Source: an uncultured Olsenella sp. | GTDB taxonomy: Bacteria; Actinomycetota; Coriobacteriia; Coriobacteriales; Atopobiaceae | DNA: 64,000 bases | Reading direction: 5' to 3' | NCBI GenBank assembly: GCA_900314495.1 | Contig: OMVJ01000005.1 | Location: 26,726-90,725, forward strand | Shown here: one piece after another, positions 55,848 through 64,000 of the stretch | How positions within the stretch are numbered: the first letter of the stretch is position 1 | How the letters are laid out: each line of letters begins with the position of its first letter | Notes under the pieces: generated by a model | Seen by the model: the letters and a program-made list of their open reading frames with translations, nothing else | Told to the model about the DNA's origin: nothing | Databases searched by the model: none | Program-made: the position numbers and the translations under genes

Positions 55848-56519
55848 ATGACGGAAGATGTGCGCGTTGTGAAGACCAAGCAGAACATCGAGAAGACGTT
55901 TCTGCACCTGCTGTCGGAGCACACCTTTCACAAGATAACCGTTTCCATGATCGTGCGCGAGGCCATGATCAACAAAGGCACATTCTACCGTCACTACACA
56001 GACAAGTACGACCTTGCCTACCACGTGGCGGAGGACACGCTGGACCGCTTTGCGGAGTTGGTGTACGTGGACCTGGACCACCTGACGTCTGGCACAACGC
56101 AGAAGGACGTCATGCACACGCTGATCAACTCCTTCAACGACGTGCTGCCCAGCCTCATTGCCCTCCAGGCCATAGACATTCCCAACATGGACGTGCGTCG
56201 CTCCGTGGTGAAGATCATCTCCGACGGCATCAAGGCGTACGCGGCGGACAGGCGTGAGGCCGCGAGCGCAGACACCGAGGCCTGGGTCATTGCGCAGCTG
56301 GCCATTGCCTACCCGGAGTACGTGCGCGACATGGACGAGCCGCTGGACCTGTACGGCTACATCGTGGCCATTCACGAGGCGTCGGGCCTGTTCCTGCCCT
56401 GGCTCTCCGACGAGGACACCGAGGCCAAGAACATCTACACCACCACCTACGGGGACCTTTGTATGCTGCCTTCCGCCCGGCCCCAGCGCGACCACGCGGA
56501 CGGCGATGCCGCGGAGTAA
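55848..56519 (+). CDS. TetR-family transcriptional regulator
   Basis: HTH ITVSMIVREAMINKGTFYRHY. Confidence 0.85.
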   Translation: MTEDVRVVKTKQNIEKTFLHLLSEHTFHKITVSMIVREAMINKGTFYRHYTDKYDLAYHVAEDTLDRFAELVYVDLDHLTSGTTQKDVMHTLINSFNDVLPSLIALQAIDIPNMDVRRSVVKIISDGIKAYAADRREAASADTEAWVIAQLAIAYPEYVRDMDEPLDLYGYIVAIHEASGLFLPWLSDEDTEAKNIYTTTYGDLCMLPSARPQRDHADGDAAE

Positions 56520-56668
56520 GCGCGGGAGTAAGCCCTAGGTGCCAGTTTGTCGCGACCCCCTGCGCCGTGTCTGTGCCCGTTTGGGACTGTTATAGTCTAA
56601 ACGGTGCAGTTATCTGCCAGCATGCGGTGGCTTGCATGCAAGTGAGGTGTCAGCCAAGGGGGAGATTC

Positions 56669-59059
56669 ATGTCAGACTTTCGGGTGCTTAGCCAGTTGCA
56701 GATTGGCGAGTCCGCCACAGTCACGAGCGTGGGCGGCCAGGGCGCGCTGCGCCAGCACTTCCTGGACATGGGCGTCATTCCCGGCGCGCAGGTGCGGCTG
56801 GAGAAGTACGCGCCCATGGGCGACCCCATGGAGTTCAGCATTCACGGCTACGAGCTTACCCTGCGCGTGGCGGACGCGGCAAAGATTCAGGTGGGCGCCC
56901 CGCAGCCGCCCGCGCCCGCGGAGCAGCTGGAGCCCGCGCCCGGCCGCGGCCGCGGCCACCACCGCCACCCCGGCCTGGGCGAGGCGGGCACCGGCCAGGC
57001 GGCCGACGAGCGCACCAGCGACCACTCCCACCCCGTGCCGGAGGGCACCACGCTCACCTTCGCCCTGGCCGGCAACCAGAACTGCGGCAAGACCACCCTC
57101 TTCAACCAGCTGACGGGCGCAAACCAGCACGTGGGCAACTTTCCCGGCGTCACAGTGGACCGCAAGGACGGTGTCATCAAGGGCCACCCAGACACGGACG
57201 TCACAGACCTGCCGGGCATCTATTCCCTCTCGCCCTATACCTCCGAGGAGATAGTTTCCCGCCAGTTCATTGTGGACTCGGCACCGCGCGGCATCATAGA
57301 CATCGTGGATGCCACAAACATAGAGCGCAACCTCTACCTGACCATGCAGCTCATGGAGCTGGACACGCCCATGGTGCTGGCCCTGAACATGATGGACGAG
57401 GTGCAGGGCAACGGCGGCTCCATCGACGTGAACCAGATGGAAGACCTGCTGGGCATTCCGGTGGTGCCAATCTCCGCCGCAAAGAACGAGGGCGTGGACG
57501 AGCTGGTGCGGCACGCGCTGCACGTGGCCCGCTACCAGGAGCGGCCAGGTCGGCAGGACTTCTGCAGCCCGCAGGACCACGGCGGCGCCGTTCACCGCTG
57601 CATCCATGCGGTCATGCACCTGATTGAGGACCACGCGGCGCGCGCGGGCATTCCCATCCGCTTTGCCGCGACCAAGCTCATAGAGGGTGACCAGCGCGTG
57701 ATTGACCGCCTGGCGCTGGACGCCAACGAGCTGGAGGCCGTGGAGCACATCGTGCAGCAGATGGAGCGCGAGCGCGGACTAGACCGTGCGGCCGCCATCG
57801 CAGACATGCGCTACTCGTTTATTTATCGCATCGTTGCGCAGTGCGTGGTCAAGCCGCGCGAGAGCCGCGAGCGCGAGAGAAGCGAGCGCGTGGACAGCGT
57901 GCTCACCGGCCGCTGGACCGCCATTCCCGTGTTCCTGCTCATTATGGGTGCGGTGTTCTTCCTCACCTTTAACGTGATTGGCAAGTTCTTGCAGGATTTG
58001 GTGGCCGCGGGCGTGGACTGGCTAACCGCCGCGGCGGACGCCGGGCTCACGGCTGCTGGTGCCAACCCCGTGCTGCACTCGCTGGTCATAGACGGCGTGT
58101 TCAACGCCGTTGGCACCGTGCTGCCCATCTGCCCCATCATCGTGACCATGTTCTTCTTCCTGTCCCTTCTGGAGGACACCGGCTACATGGCGCGCATCGC
58201 CTTCGTAATGGACAAGCTGCTGCGGCGGATCGGCCTCTCCGGCCGCTCCATCGTGCCCATGCTGGTGGGCTTTGGCTGCACGGTGCCCGCCGTCATGGCC
58301 ACGCGCACCCTGCCGTCCGAGCGCGACCGCAAGCTCACCATCATGCTGACGCCCTTCATGAGCTGCTCCACCAAGCTGACCATATACGCGTACTTCACGG
58401 CGGCGTTCTTCCCCGCGCATGGCGGCCTGGTCATGCTGTTGCTGTACCTGCTGGGTATTTTGGTGGGCATCCTGACCGGCTTCGTCACGCACAAGACCGT
58501 GGCGCGCGGCGAGGCCGTGCCCTTTGTGATGGAGCTGCCAAACTACCGCATGCCAAGTGCAAAGAGCGTGTTGCAGCTCATATGGGATAAGACCAAGGAC
58601 TTCCTGACCCGCGCCTTCACGGTGGTCTTCTTCGCCGCGGTGGTCATTTGGCTGCTGCAGACCTTCAGCCCGTCGCTTGCCATGGTGGACGACCCCAGCC
58701 AGTCCATCCTTGCGGTTGTCTCCACCTGGCTGAGCCCGGTGTTCGCGCCGCTCGGCTTCGCGGATTGGCGCGTGACCACGGCCCTGATCACCGGCTTCAT
58801 GGCCAAGGAGGTCGTGGTGTCCACGCTTTCCGTGCTGTTCGGCAGCACCGCGGAGCTGCTGGCTGCGCTGACGCCCCTCTCCGTGGTGGCGCTGCTGGCC
58901 TTCTGCCTGCTGTACACGCCCTGCATTGCGGCCGTCGCGGCCATCCGCCGAGAGCTAGGCGGGCGCTGGGCCGCGGGGATCGTGGTCTTCCAGTGCGTGG
59001 TGGCCTGGCTGGTGGCGCTGCTGGTGCGGCTGGTGGGGATGGCGCTGGGGCTCGCGTAG
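56669..59059 (+). CDS. feoB: Ferrous iron transporter, FeoA-FeoB fusion
   Basis: N-terminal FeoA (IGESATVTSVGGQGALRQHFLDMGVIPGAQV), a Pro/Ala/Gly linker, then the FeoB G-domain GNQNCGKTTLFNQLTG and polytopic membrane domain. RBS AAGGGGGAG. Confidence 0.9.
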   Translation: MSDFRVLSQLQIGESATVTSVGGQGALRQHFLDMGVIPGAQVRLEKYAPMGDPMEFSIHGYELTLRVADAAKIQVGAPQPPAPAEQLEPAPGRGRGHHRHPGLGEAGTGQAADERTSDHSHPVPEGTTLTFALAGNQNCGKTTLFNQLTGANQHVGNFPGVTVDRKDGVIKGHPDTDVTDLPGIYSLSPYTSEEIVSRQFIVDSAPRGIIDIVDATNIERNLYLTMQLMELDTPMVLALNMMDEVQGNGGSIDVNQMEDLLGIPVVPISAAKNEGVDELVRHALHVARYQERPGRQDFCSPQDHGGAVHRCIHAVMHLIEDHAARAGIPIRFAATKLIEGDQRVIDRLALDANELEAVEHIVQQMERERGLDRAAAIADMRYSFIYRIVAQCVVKPRESRERERSERVDSVLTGRWTAIPVFLLIMGAVFFLTFNVIGKFLQDLVAAGVDWLTAAADAGLTAAGANPVLHSLVIDGVFNAVGTVLPICPIIVTMFFFLSLLEDTGYMARIAFVMDKLLRRIGLSGRSIVPMLVGFGCTVPAVMATRTLPSERDRKLTIMLTPFMSCSTKLTIYAYFTAAFFPAHGGLVMLLLYLLGILVGILTGFVTHKTVARGEAVPFVMELPNYRMPSAKSVLQLIWDKTKDFLTRAFTVVFFAAVVIWLLQTFSPSLAMVDDPSQSILAVVSTWLSPVFAPLGFADWRVTTALITGFMAKEVVVSTLSVLFGSTAELLAALTPLSVVALLAFCLLYTPCIAAVAAIRRELGGRWAAGIVVFQCVVAWLVALLVRLVGMALGLA

Positions 59060-59132
59060 GGGAGCGGGGGAGCGCGGCGCGGGCGCGAGCGCGTGTCCCC
59101 GCTCGGGGGTCACTCTCACTCGACGCTACCGG

Positions 59133-59503
59133 CGCGCGTGTTATTGCTGAGAGCTAACACGCGTGTGGTGAGATCGCGCGTGGCGCAACTGGCATTCTAG
59201 CATGTGAGTCTACCCACGCGTATGTTATCGGAATTGAATAACACGCGCGTGGTAACACACGTGCGAGCTGTAACTGTTTCGCCTGTGACGCCACCGGCTT
59301 GACCCCCTGAGTGAGGTCGACCTCTGAATGCGCTGCCAGTGCCACGCGTATGTTATCCCGCGCGTGTTATTGAAACCACATAACACGCGTGCCGTTGTTG
59401 TGACTTGCTATAAAGCCTGTTGGCAAGCTTGGATAGTCTCCACACGCGTGTTATCTCCTCCCAACAACACGCGTGCTGTGACGCGTGTTGGCGATAACAC
59501 GCG
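59133..59503. repeat. Cluster of five CACGCGTGTTAT/ATAACACGCGTG hairpins (type-D repeats) plus orphan half-sites
   Basis: Five hairpins:
- H1 59133-59165
- H2 59215-59251
- H3 59359-59391
- H4 59443-59475
- H5 59482-59503

Half-sites lie at 59253-59263 and 59343-59356. Loops are 9 nt in H2-H4. Confidence 0.9.
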
Positions 59504-59602
59504 CGTGAACATGGGATTGGTGTGTGGTAACTGGCCATGGGCGACTGGCATCCCACGCTTGCATGCCCCGCACCAGCGGCACCCTACGCGCTAGCGCATG
59601 TG

Positions 59603-60724
59603 CTAGCTCCTTGCCATCAGCATCTGAGCGTACTTCGCCGCGTTCTTCCACGGATAGAGCGACCAAATCAGGTACTGTCGCTCTTTCTTCAATGAGCCAG
59701 ATGCGAGCAGGGCGCGCGTCGCGCTGACATCCTTGTCTGATTGGCGCTCGATTGCGTCCACGATGGATGACATGATTTGGTCGAGCGCCCCAGGAACGAA
59801 CACATCCTCTTTCGTGATCGGGAACACGGTCATCCCGCTGACGGTTAGCTCGCGATTGCGATGCATGTCATCGAGCACCTTCTCGCGCAGTGCTCGCTCC
59901 GCCGATGCCAAGGCATCGGCGTCGCTGCTCGCGAACGCCTTCTCAATGTCGGAAAAGTCAAGGTGGTCGCCGCCGTCGTAGTTGATGCCAACGGGAGTGC
60001 CGGCAACGACGATGTCTGGAATGCGAAGCTCGTGCCCTTCTGGTGCGGCTAGGTCGCTCGTCACTCTCTGCGCGTTGTTCAGCTCCAAGGGTCCAAGGCC
60101 GTAGCCAAGGTCAGTGGTTTCTAACACCATCGTCGTGGATATCACCGATTCCATGGACGACCACGCGTTGTTGGCTACCTGCTCGATTGCCTCGCGTGCT
60201 GCGCCAAGCCCTAAGATGCCGCGGCACTCGCTCAAGAACTTACGAATCTGCTGCACGCTCGTCGCGGGAGGTACGGACAGGGCGACCTCGCCCATGCGTG
60301 GATCGTCGGCGTCGCGCGAGAAGGTGCCGCACAACTCGTGCCCAAACATGACGAGCACAGGCCGTGGCATCATGCGCGCCATCTCTAGGAAGCTCAGCTC
60401 TGGCGATGCGCAGCGCAGGCCGTCGCCGAGGTCAAGAAACGCGTCGTCTGGGAGTCCGCGCTTGTAAATGGTGTTCTTTGCGAAGCGCGCCTCCAATCTC
60501 ATAGATTCGTTTGGAACTGCAACGTGCAGCCCCTTCTCTTGCCAGTTAGGGTCGAGTGCCGCCAAGGGGCTCGACTGCACCCTCCTGACTGTCCAACGCA
60601 TTGATGGCTCGGGGTTGGGACCCTGCAGGCTGCAACGTCTGAACGTGCGCAGGTCGGCGTTGCCGTCGGTGCGAACGGTGCGAATAAGGCGCACTGCGCT
60701 CAAACCGTTCACGTAAAGCAGCAT
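59603..60724 (-). CDS. Hypothetical protein with a DUF559/Vsr-like endonuclease-fold C-terminus and an AbiEi-like N-terminal region (tentative)
   Basis: The C-terminus RIPDIVVAGTPVGINYDGGDHLD...HRNRELTVSGMTVFPITKEDV resembles DUF559 proteins. The N-terminus has ...RCASPELSFLEMAR. Start ATG 60724 is preceded by GGGAGGGG. GC is lower than the flanks. Confidence 0.45.
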   Translation of the reverse strand: MLLYVNGLSAVRLIRTVRTDGNADLRTFRRCSLQGPNPEPSMRWTVRRVQSSPLAALDPNWQEKGLHVAVPNESMRLEARFAKNTIYKRGLPDDAFLDLGDGLRCASPELSFLEMARMMPRPVLVMFGHELCGTFSRDADDPRMGEVALSVPPATSVQQIRKFLSECRGILGLGAAREAIEQVANNAWSSMESVISTTMVLETTDLGYGLGPLELNNAQRVTSDLAAPEGHELRIPDIVVAGTPVGINYDGGDHLDFSDIEKAFASSDADALASAERALREKVLDDMHRNRELTVSGMTVFPITKEDVFVPGALDQIMSSIVDAIERQSDKDVSATRALLASGSLKKERQYLIWSLYPWKNAAKYAQMLMARS

Positions 60725-61089
60725 GCATGTCCCCTCCCGTCCGTCGTGGCGAGCGCTGGCCATTGGGGTCAGCCCTCGGTGGTTCCGCGACGTTATCACG
60801 CGGGGCCACGTGTGTCCGACGGGACGCTTGCACCAAGCTGCATGTGGCAGACTGATAGCTTGCACGGAGATGGTCTGTCGCGCGAAACCTCTCGATTGAA
60901 GCATGTTTGCCCAGTTAAACAGGGGTGTCCTTGACCGAGGTTCGCAATTGCCATCTTGGCAAAGTCGTGCTGATTATTGCGCCTGTGCCAAACGAACACA
61001 ATTTGCGGCAGCGGAACGGGGGCGCCTCGCCGACGACGGTACGGGAACGGCGTGGGCTCTCCGCTGTTATTGGTATACCTCAGCACCAG

Positions 61090-61236
61090 ACGCGTGTTAC
61101 TCACGCGTATGTTATTCGCGCGCGTGTTATCAAGGAGACATAACATGCGCGCCGTGAGCTGCACGTGCTATGACCCCAGTTGGCGTGTGGGCAACGCTAC
61201 AGCACGCGTGTTATTGGAATCGCATAACACGCGTGC
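61090..61236. repeat. Second cluster of type-D hairpins (H6 61119-61151, H7 61202-61236) plus half-sites 61090-61100 and 61102-61115
   Basis: The block 61102-61235 is colinear with 59343-59475: same half-site, hairpin, ~50-nt spacer, hairpin, in the same orientation. Confidence 0.9.
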
Positions 61237-61306
61237 CATAAATGAAGGCAGCTCCTCTTCCGAGGTGAGCGTCCTGCCCGGGCCGCTCAATTGTCCAGAC
61301 GGCTCC

Positions 61307-61561
61307 CTACCACCTCTGCTGGAACTTGTCGCGCCATGCCATGAGGTCAAAGCATGTGTCCCTCTTCATGCGGCGGGTGCACAGCAGGAGCTCTGCGCGC
61401 ATCCTTGCGTAATCCCGCTCTGCCTCTTCGGGACCAACGCAGGCGTGAAGGTGCGACATGACACGCTTTACCTCGCATGTTATGAAATACTCATCCGTAT
61501 CGCGGTCCATTTCCATCTGAATCCGTGCGAGGTCAGGAATAACTTCCTCCTCGATGAGCAT
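61307..61561 (-). CDS. Small hypothetical protein (84 aa)
   Basis: The ORF lies 45 nt downstream of the serpin gene on the same strand. Composition is plausibly coding but there is no clear SD sequence and no recognised motif. Confidence 0.35.
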   Translation of the reverse strand: MLIEEEVIPDLARIQMEMDRDTDEYFITCEVKRVMSHLHACVGPEEAERDYARMRAELLLCTRRMKRDTCFDLMAWRDKFQQRW

Positions 61562-61606
61562 GTGCCCGGTGGGACCGGCCTGCCCGTATTCGTGCTGGAT
61601 GGTGTG

Positions 61607-62743
61607 TCAGGAACGCTCTTCGGCCTGAGGCCGGTCAACGCGCCCCAGGAAGAGTGGCTGTCCCGTGGGGGAAACCAGCGCAAAGAGGATGGGGCGGTCA
61701 AACACGATGACGCGAGGAATCGGCATCTTTGGCGGGATGCCAGCCGCCACTGCGCTGAAAAAGTAAGACGAGCCCTCTGCCCCCTCCTCGTTAACGGTGA
61801 GCCGGGTAGCATGCACGTAGCTGGCAGGCGCGTTGACGTGACCGGTCAGGGGGGAGAGGTCCGGTGTGGCCGCGCTTGCAAAGCCGGCCCGAGCAAGCTG
61901 GGATTCCAAACCACGTAGCGTGGTGCCGCACGAGAACTTGGGGATGCTCACATCCGCATACACCTCAGGCGCATTGAAGTGTGCAATGGCGTTGAGAAGC
62001 TCGGTGTTCTCGAGCAGGTCATTCGGAGTCTTGGAATCACGTGGCAATGCGAGCCTGAGCTCAGCGCCACTGAGGAAGGGAAGGGCAAGAATGGTCGCCA
62101 CGTCCAAGTCGAGTACACGGAAGTACCCTATTTCCCGCATGAAAGCGGCACGTACATCCCCGCATGGCGTGTGGAAGGGCTTGCGTTTGGTTGCCCTCTC
62201 GTCGAAGGTGCTGCACCACGTGTCCTTGAAGTACAGGGCACTGATCAGGCAAACAAGCGCTTCGGCATCTGGTTCAATCTGCAGGGACAACATGCCATTG
62301 GTCTTCTGGTTGATCCAACGCGAGATTTCCGTACCCGTCTCAGGCGAGCTAAGGTCGGTTTGCCTCACCGGGATTCCGCACGTTTCGCATTGCTCGACGA
62401 TGCCAGCTTGCGGTCTGGCTTTGTCGTCGAGCCAAATGCCTGATGCCAGCATGGTGACATCATCATGAGAGCTGCCATCGTGCAAAGAGTTCACCGCAGG
62501 TGAACTGTCCGCATCGCTGGGCCCGGCTGGCGCCCCAAGAAGCTCATCCAACTCGCGCGCCGTCTTGCCTGCAGCGCCCAGTTGCATGGCGCGCAGCCCC
62601 TGGAAGACACAGGCTGGCGAGAAGATTGCATCTTGCTCGCACAGGACTTGCGGCATCAGCTTCTGCGCCAGATGCCACGTACCGGTCAACATGGATTCAG
62701 CGCTATTGTGCCGTTCTACCTGCTTGCCCATCTTGCCCTCCAT
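61607..62743 (-). CDS. Serpin-family protein, no signal peptide
   Basis: SALYFKDTWCSTFDE, hinge/RCL VNEEGAEGSSYFFSAV..., and C-terminal VFDRPILFALV. Candidate starts are 62743 (MEGK), 62731 (MGKQ, GGAGGG upstream) or 62779. Confidence 0.75.
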   Translation of the reverse strand: MEGKMGKQVERHNSAESMLTGTWHLAQKLMPQVLCEQDAIFSPACVFQGLRAMQLGAAGKTARELDELLGAPAGPSDADSSPAVNSLHDGSSHDDVTMLASGIWLDDKARPQAGIVEQCETCGIPVRQTDLSSPETGTEISRWINQKTNGMLSLQIEPDAEALVCLISALYFKDTWCSTFDERATKRKPFHTPCGDVRAAFMREIGYFRVLDLDVATILALPFLSGAELRLALPRDSKTPNDLLENTELLNAIAHFNAPEVYADVSIPKFSCGTTLRGLESQLARAGFASAATPDLSPLTGHVNAPASYVHATRLTVNEEGAEGSSYFFSAVAAGIPPKMPIPRVIVFDRPILFALVSPTGQPLFLGRVDRPQAEERS

Positions 62744-62744
62744 T

Positions 62745-64000
62745 TCAGCAGCCCATCTCCTTCTCCAAAACAGAGCCATAGACCACGCGCGCTCCTAACG
62801 CTCGCGCGAGTCGGTCCTCGTCCTTGTCTGGCACAACGCGATAGTCTCGCGCACGGAAGAGCTTTGTTTCGGGGCTTTCATCGTCGTCCGCCAAGGCGAA
62901 CACCCGTTGGAATCCGTCGGCGGACGCATCCTGTTCCGCGTAGTCTAGGAGAAGGGAAGCTGCGCCCTCTCTGTCTGCGAGTACGGCATCAGGCGGAATC
63001 CAAAGGGTGAGGGCCTCAGTCGTCTGGTCATACCAAGCGCGGCTTATGCTCCCCAGCGTGTCTGGAAGTGCGAGATCCACCGCAAACCGCACGCTCCATG
63101 CGCGCGGGAACATCAGCCGCTGGTTGTCTGGCATTGCATCGGTCTTGAGCCCAAGCTCTATCGCCAGCCATTGCCACACGTTGCGGACGGAGCGGTGGCT
63201 AGCATTCAGGTATTCAATCAACCGCTGTACAAGACCGCTGTAAACTGCAACGGACGAGACAACCGAGCAGAAGCCCCTCGTGGCGCCCTCAACGTTGGAC
63301 AGCGGCTCCGCCAAAGACGCTCGTTCGTCAAAGTTGTCCGGAGGGTACAGCCGAGGCTTGCCATTGGGGAGCAGATCCGCAAACGGATCGCTTGCACCCA
63401 CGAGCTCTGCCCAACGCGCAGAGAGGAACAGCGCGTACTCCACCGCTTCCATCCCGTAGCATCCCAGGGCAAAGCCATCGTTTACTTCCACCAGCAGCGT
63501 CCGTCCGTCGCCAGTTACACCGAGGTCAAGCCCGTAGGCGGCGGGTGCGGACTTGTATTCCTCGATTGCATAGTTGATTATGCCAACGTCTGGCATAACC
63601 TGGCGGTCGCCGCGGTAGCACGCTAAATGCGCAACCTGGCCATACCGTACGAAGACCCTCCACTCGGAAACAAAATCCACCGGCTCGCTGCAGAGCACGC
63701 GATACCCGGGCCCCATCTTGCAGTAGGCCGCAAGCCCATTTGGCTCATTCGCCACTATGGCTGGCAGCTCCTTCTCGTGCAGGGGCTTCAGGAACAGGGG
63801 ATAGTCGCCCTCTGTGATTTCGCCCACCGCGCATTCCCAAACACGCCGACCGAGGAGGTCCGTCAGCTCCGGTGGGTAATCGATGCTTGACGGCGTAATA
63901 CCTCTCAGCGTCAGAGCCTGTCCGGTAACAAGTAGGCCCGCCACTACTATGTCCTCGCGCGCCGCGGAAGCTAGCCCCTCGTCGGTGGAGAAGGGTACGC
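62745..64000 (-). CDS. ATP-grasp (DUF4343/R2K-like) domain fused to a ~200-aa uncharacterised C-terminal domain; possibly 5'-incomplete
   Basis: FLKPLHEKE..., WRVFVRYGQV, and LDLGVTGDGRTLLVEVNDGFALGCYG are typical of the DUF4343 ATP-grasp family. The frame stays open upstream of GTG 63944 to the window edge. Confidence 0.5.
   Translation of the reverse strand, partial: VPFSTDEGLASAAREDIVVAGLLVTGQALTLRGITPSSIDYPPELTDLLGRRVWECAVGEITEGDYPLFLKPLHEKELPAIVANEPNGLAAYCKMGPGYRVLCSEPVDFVSEWRVFVRYGQVAHLACYRGDRQVMPDVGIINYAIEEYKSAPAAYGLDLGVTGDGRTLLVEVNDGFALGCYGMEAVEYALFLSARWAELVGASDPFADLLPNGKPRLYPPDNFDERASLAEPLSNVEGATRGFCSVVSSVAVYSGLVQRLIEYLNASHRSVRNVWQWLAIELGLKTDAMPDNQRLMFPRAWSVRFAVDLALPDTLGSISRAWYDQTTEALTLWIPPDAVLADREGAASLLLDYAEQDASADGFQRVFALADDDESPETKLFRARDYRVVPDKDEDRLARALGARVVYGSVLEKEMGC

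Noticed and set aside
56520-56668. Fur or IdeR/DtxR box upstream of feoAB
   Set aside because: I could find no convincing match to GATAATGATAATCATTATC or to TTAGGTTAGCCTAACCTAA by eye. Only an unrelated 12-bp palindrome is present.
59133-59507. Possible CRISPR array, because of closely spaced repeats
   Set aside because: The units are inverted (hairpin) pairs with 3-11-nt loops rather than direct repeats separated by 30-40-nt unique spacers. Spacing is irregular and no cas genes are present in the window.
59133-61236. Integron attC sites / gene cassette
   Set aside because: The GTTAT...ATAAC halves are in the opposite order to the attC R''(RYYYAAC)...R'(GTTRRRY) layout. GTTATxx does not fit GTTRRRY. 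No intI gene or attI site is visible.

Overview
High-GC (by eye about 63-67%) chromosomal window from a Gram-positive anaerobe, probably Actinomycetota, possibly Coriobacteriia-like; the taxon is my inference only. All calls come from reading the ORF translations and the DNA. No database search was run, so domain names rest on motif recognition, and start codons are my best choice from RBS and homology.

Core content:
- galT-galK
- a leuA-leuC-leuD-leuB operon
- a GntR-linked C-S lyase / transporter / M20 dipeptidase locus
- a MATE-Cof-ADH block
- a 1543-aa Ig-like-repeat surface protein co-transcribed with a PP2C phosphatase, a Ser/Thr kinase and a small membrane protein
- asparaginase, DegV, NudC, an FHA protein
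- nrdG and nrdD split by a 5.4-kb insert
- YebC, a radical-SAM/TetR pair, a FeoA-FeoB fusion
- at the 3' end, a lower-GC island: a DUF559-like gene, a serpin, and an ATP-grasp fusion protein

No rRNA, tRNA, CRISPR array, transposase or integrase was seen.

Most unusual signals:
1. A dispersed palindromic repeat family. Nine loci sit on or beside gene 3' ends, several contributing the stop codon.
2. A second hairpin family, CACGCGTGTTAT-N9-ATAACACGCGTG. Seven or more units are arranged as three ~120-135-bp composite units that bracket an orphan gene.
3. A third pair of CTACCCCACAA hairpins.
4. A decayed sugar-utilisation locus.
5. The surface-protein/kinase/phosphatase operon.
6. The cytoplasmic serpin / ATP-grasp island.

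The many long antisense ORFs in the track are high-GC artefacts.
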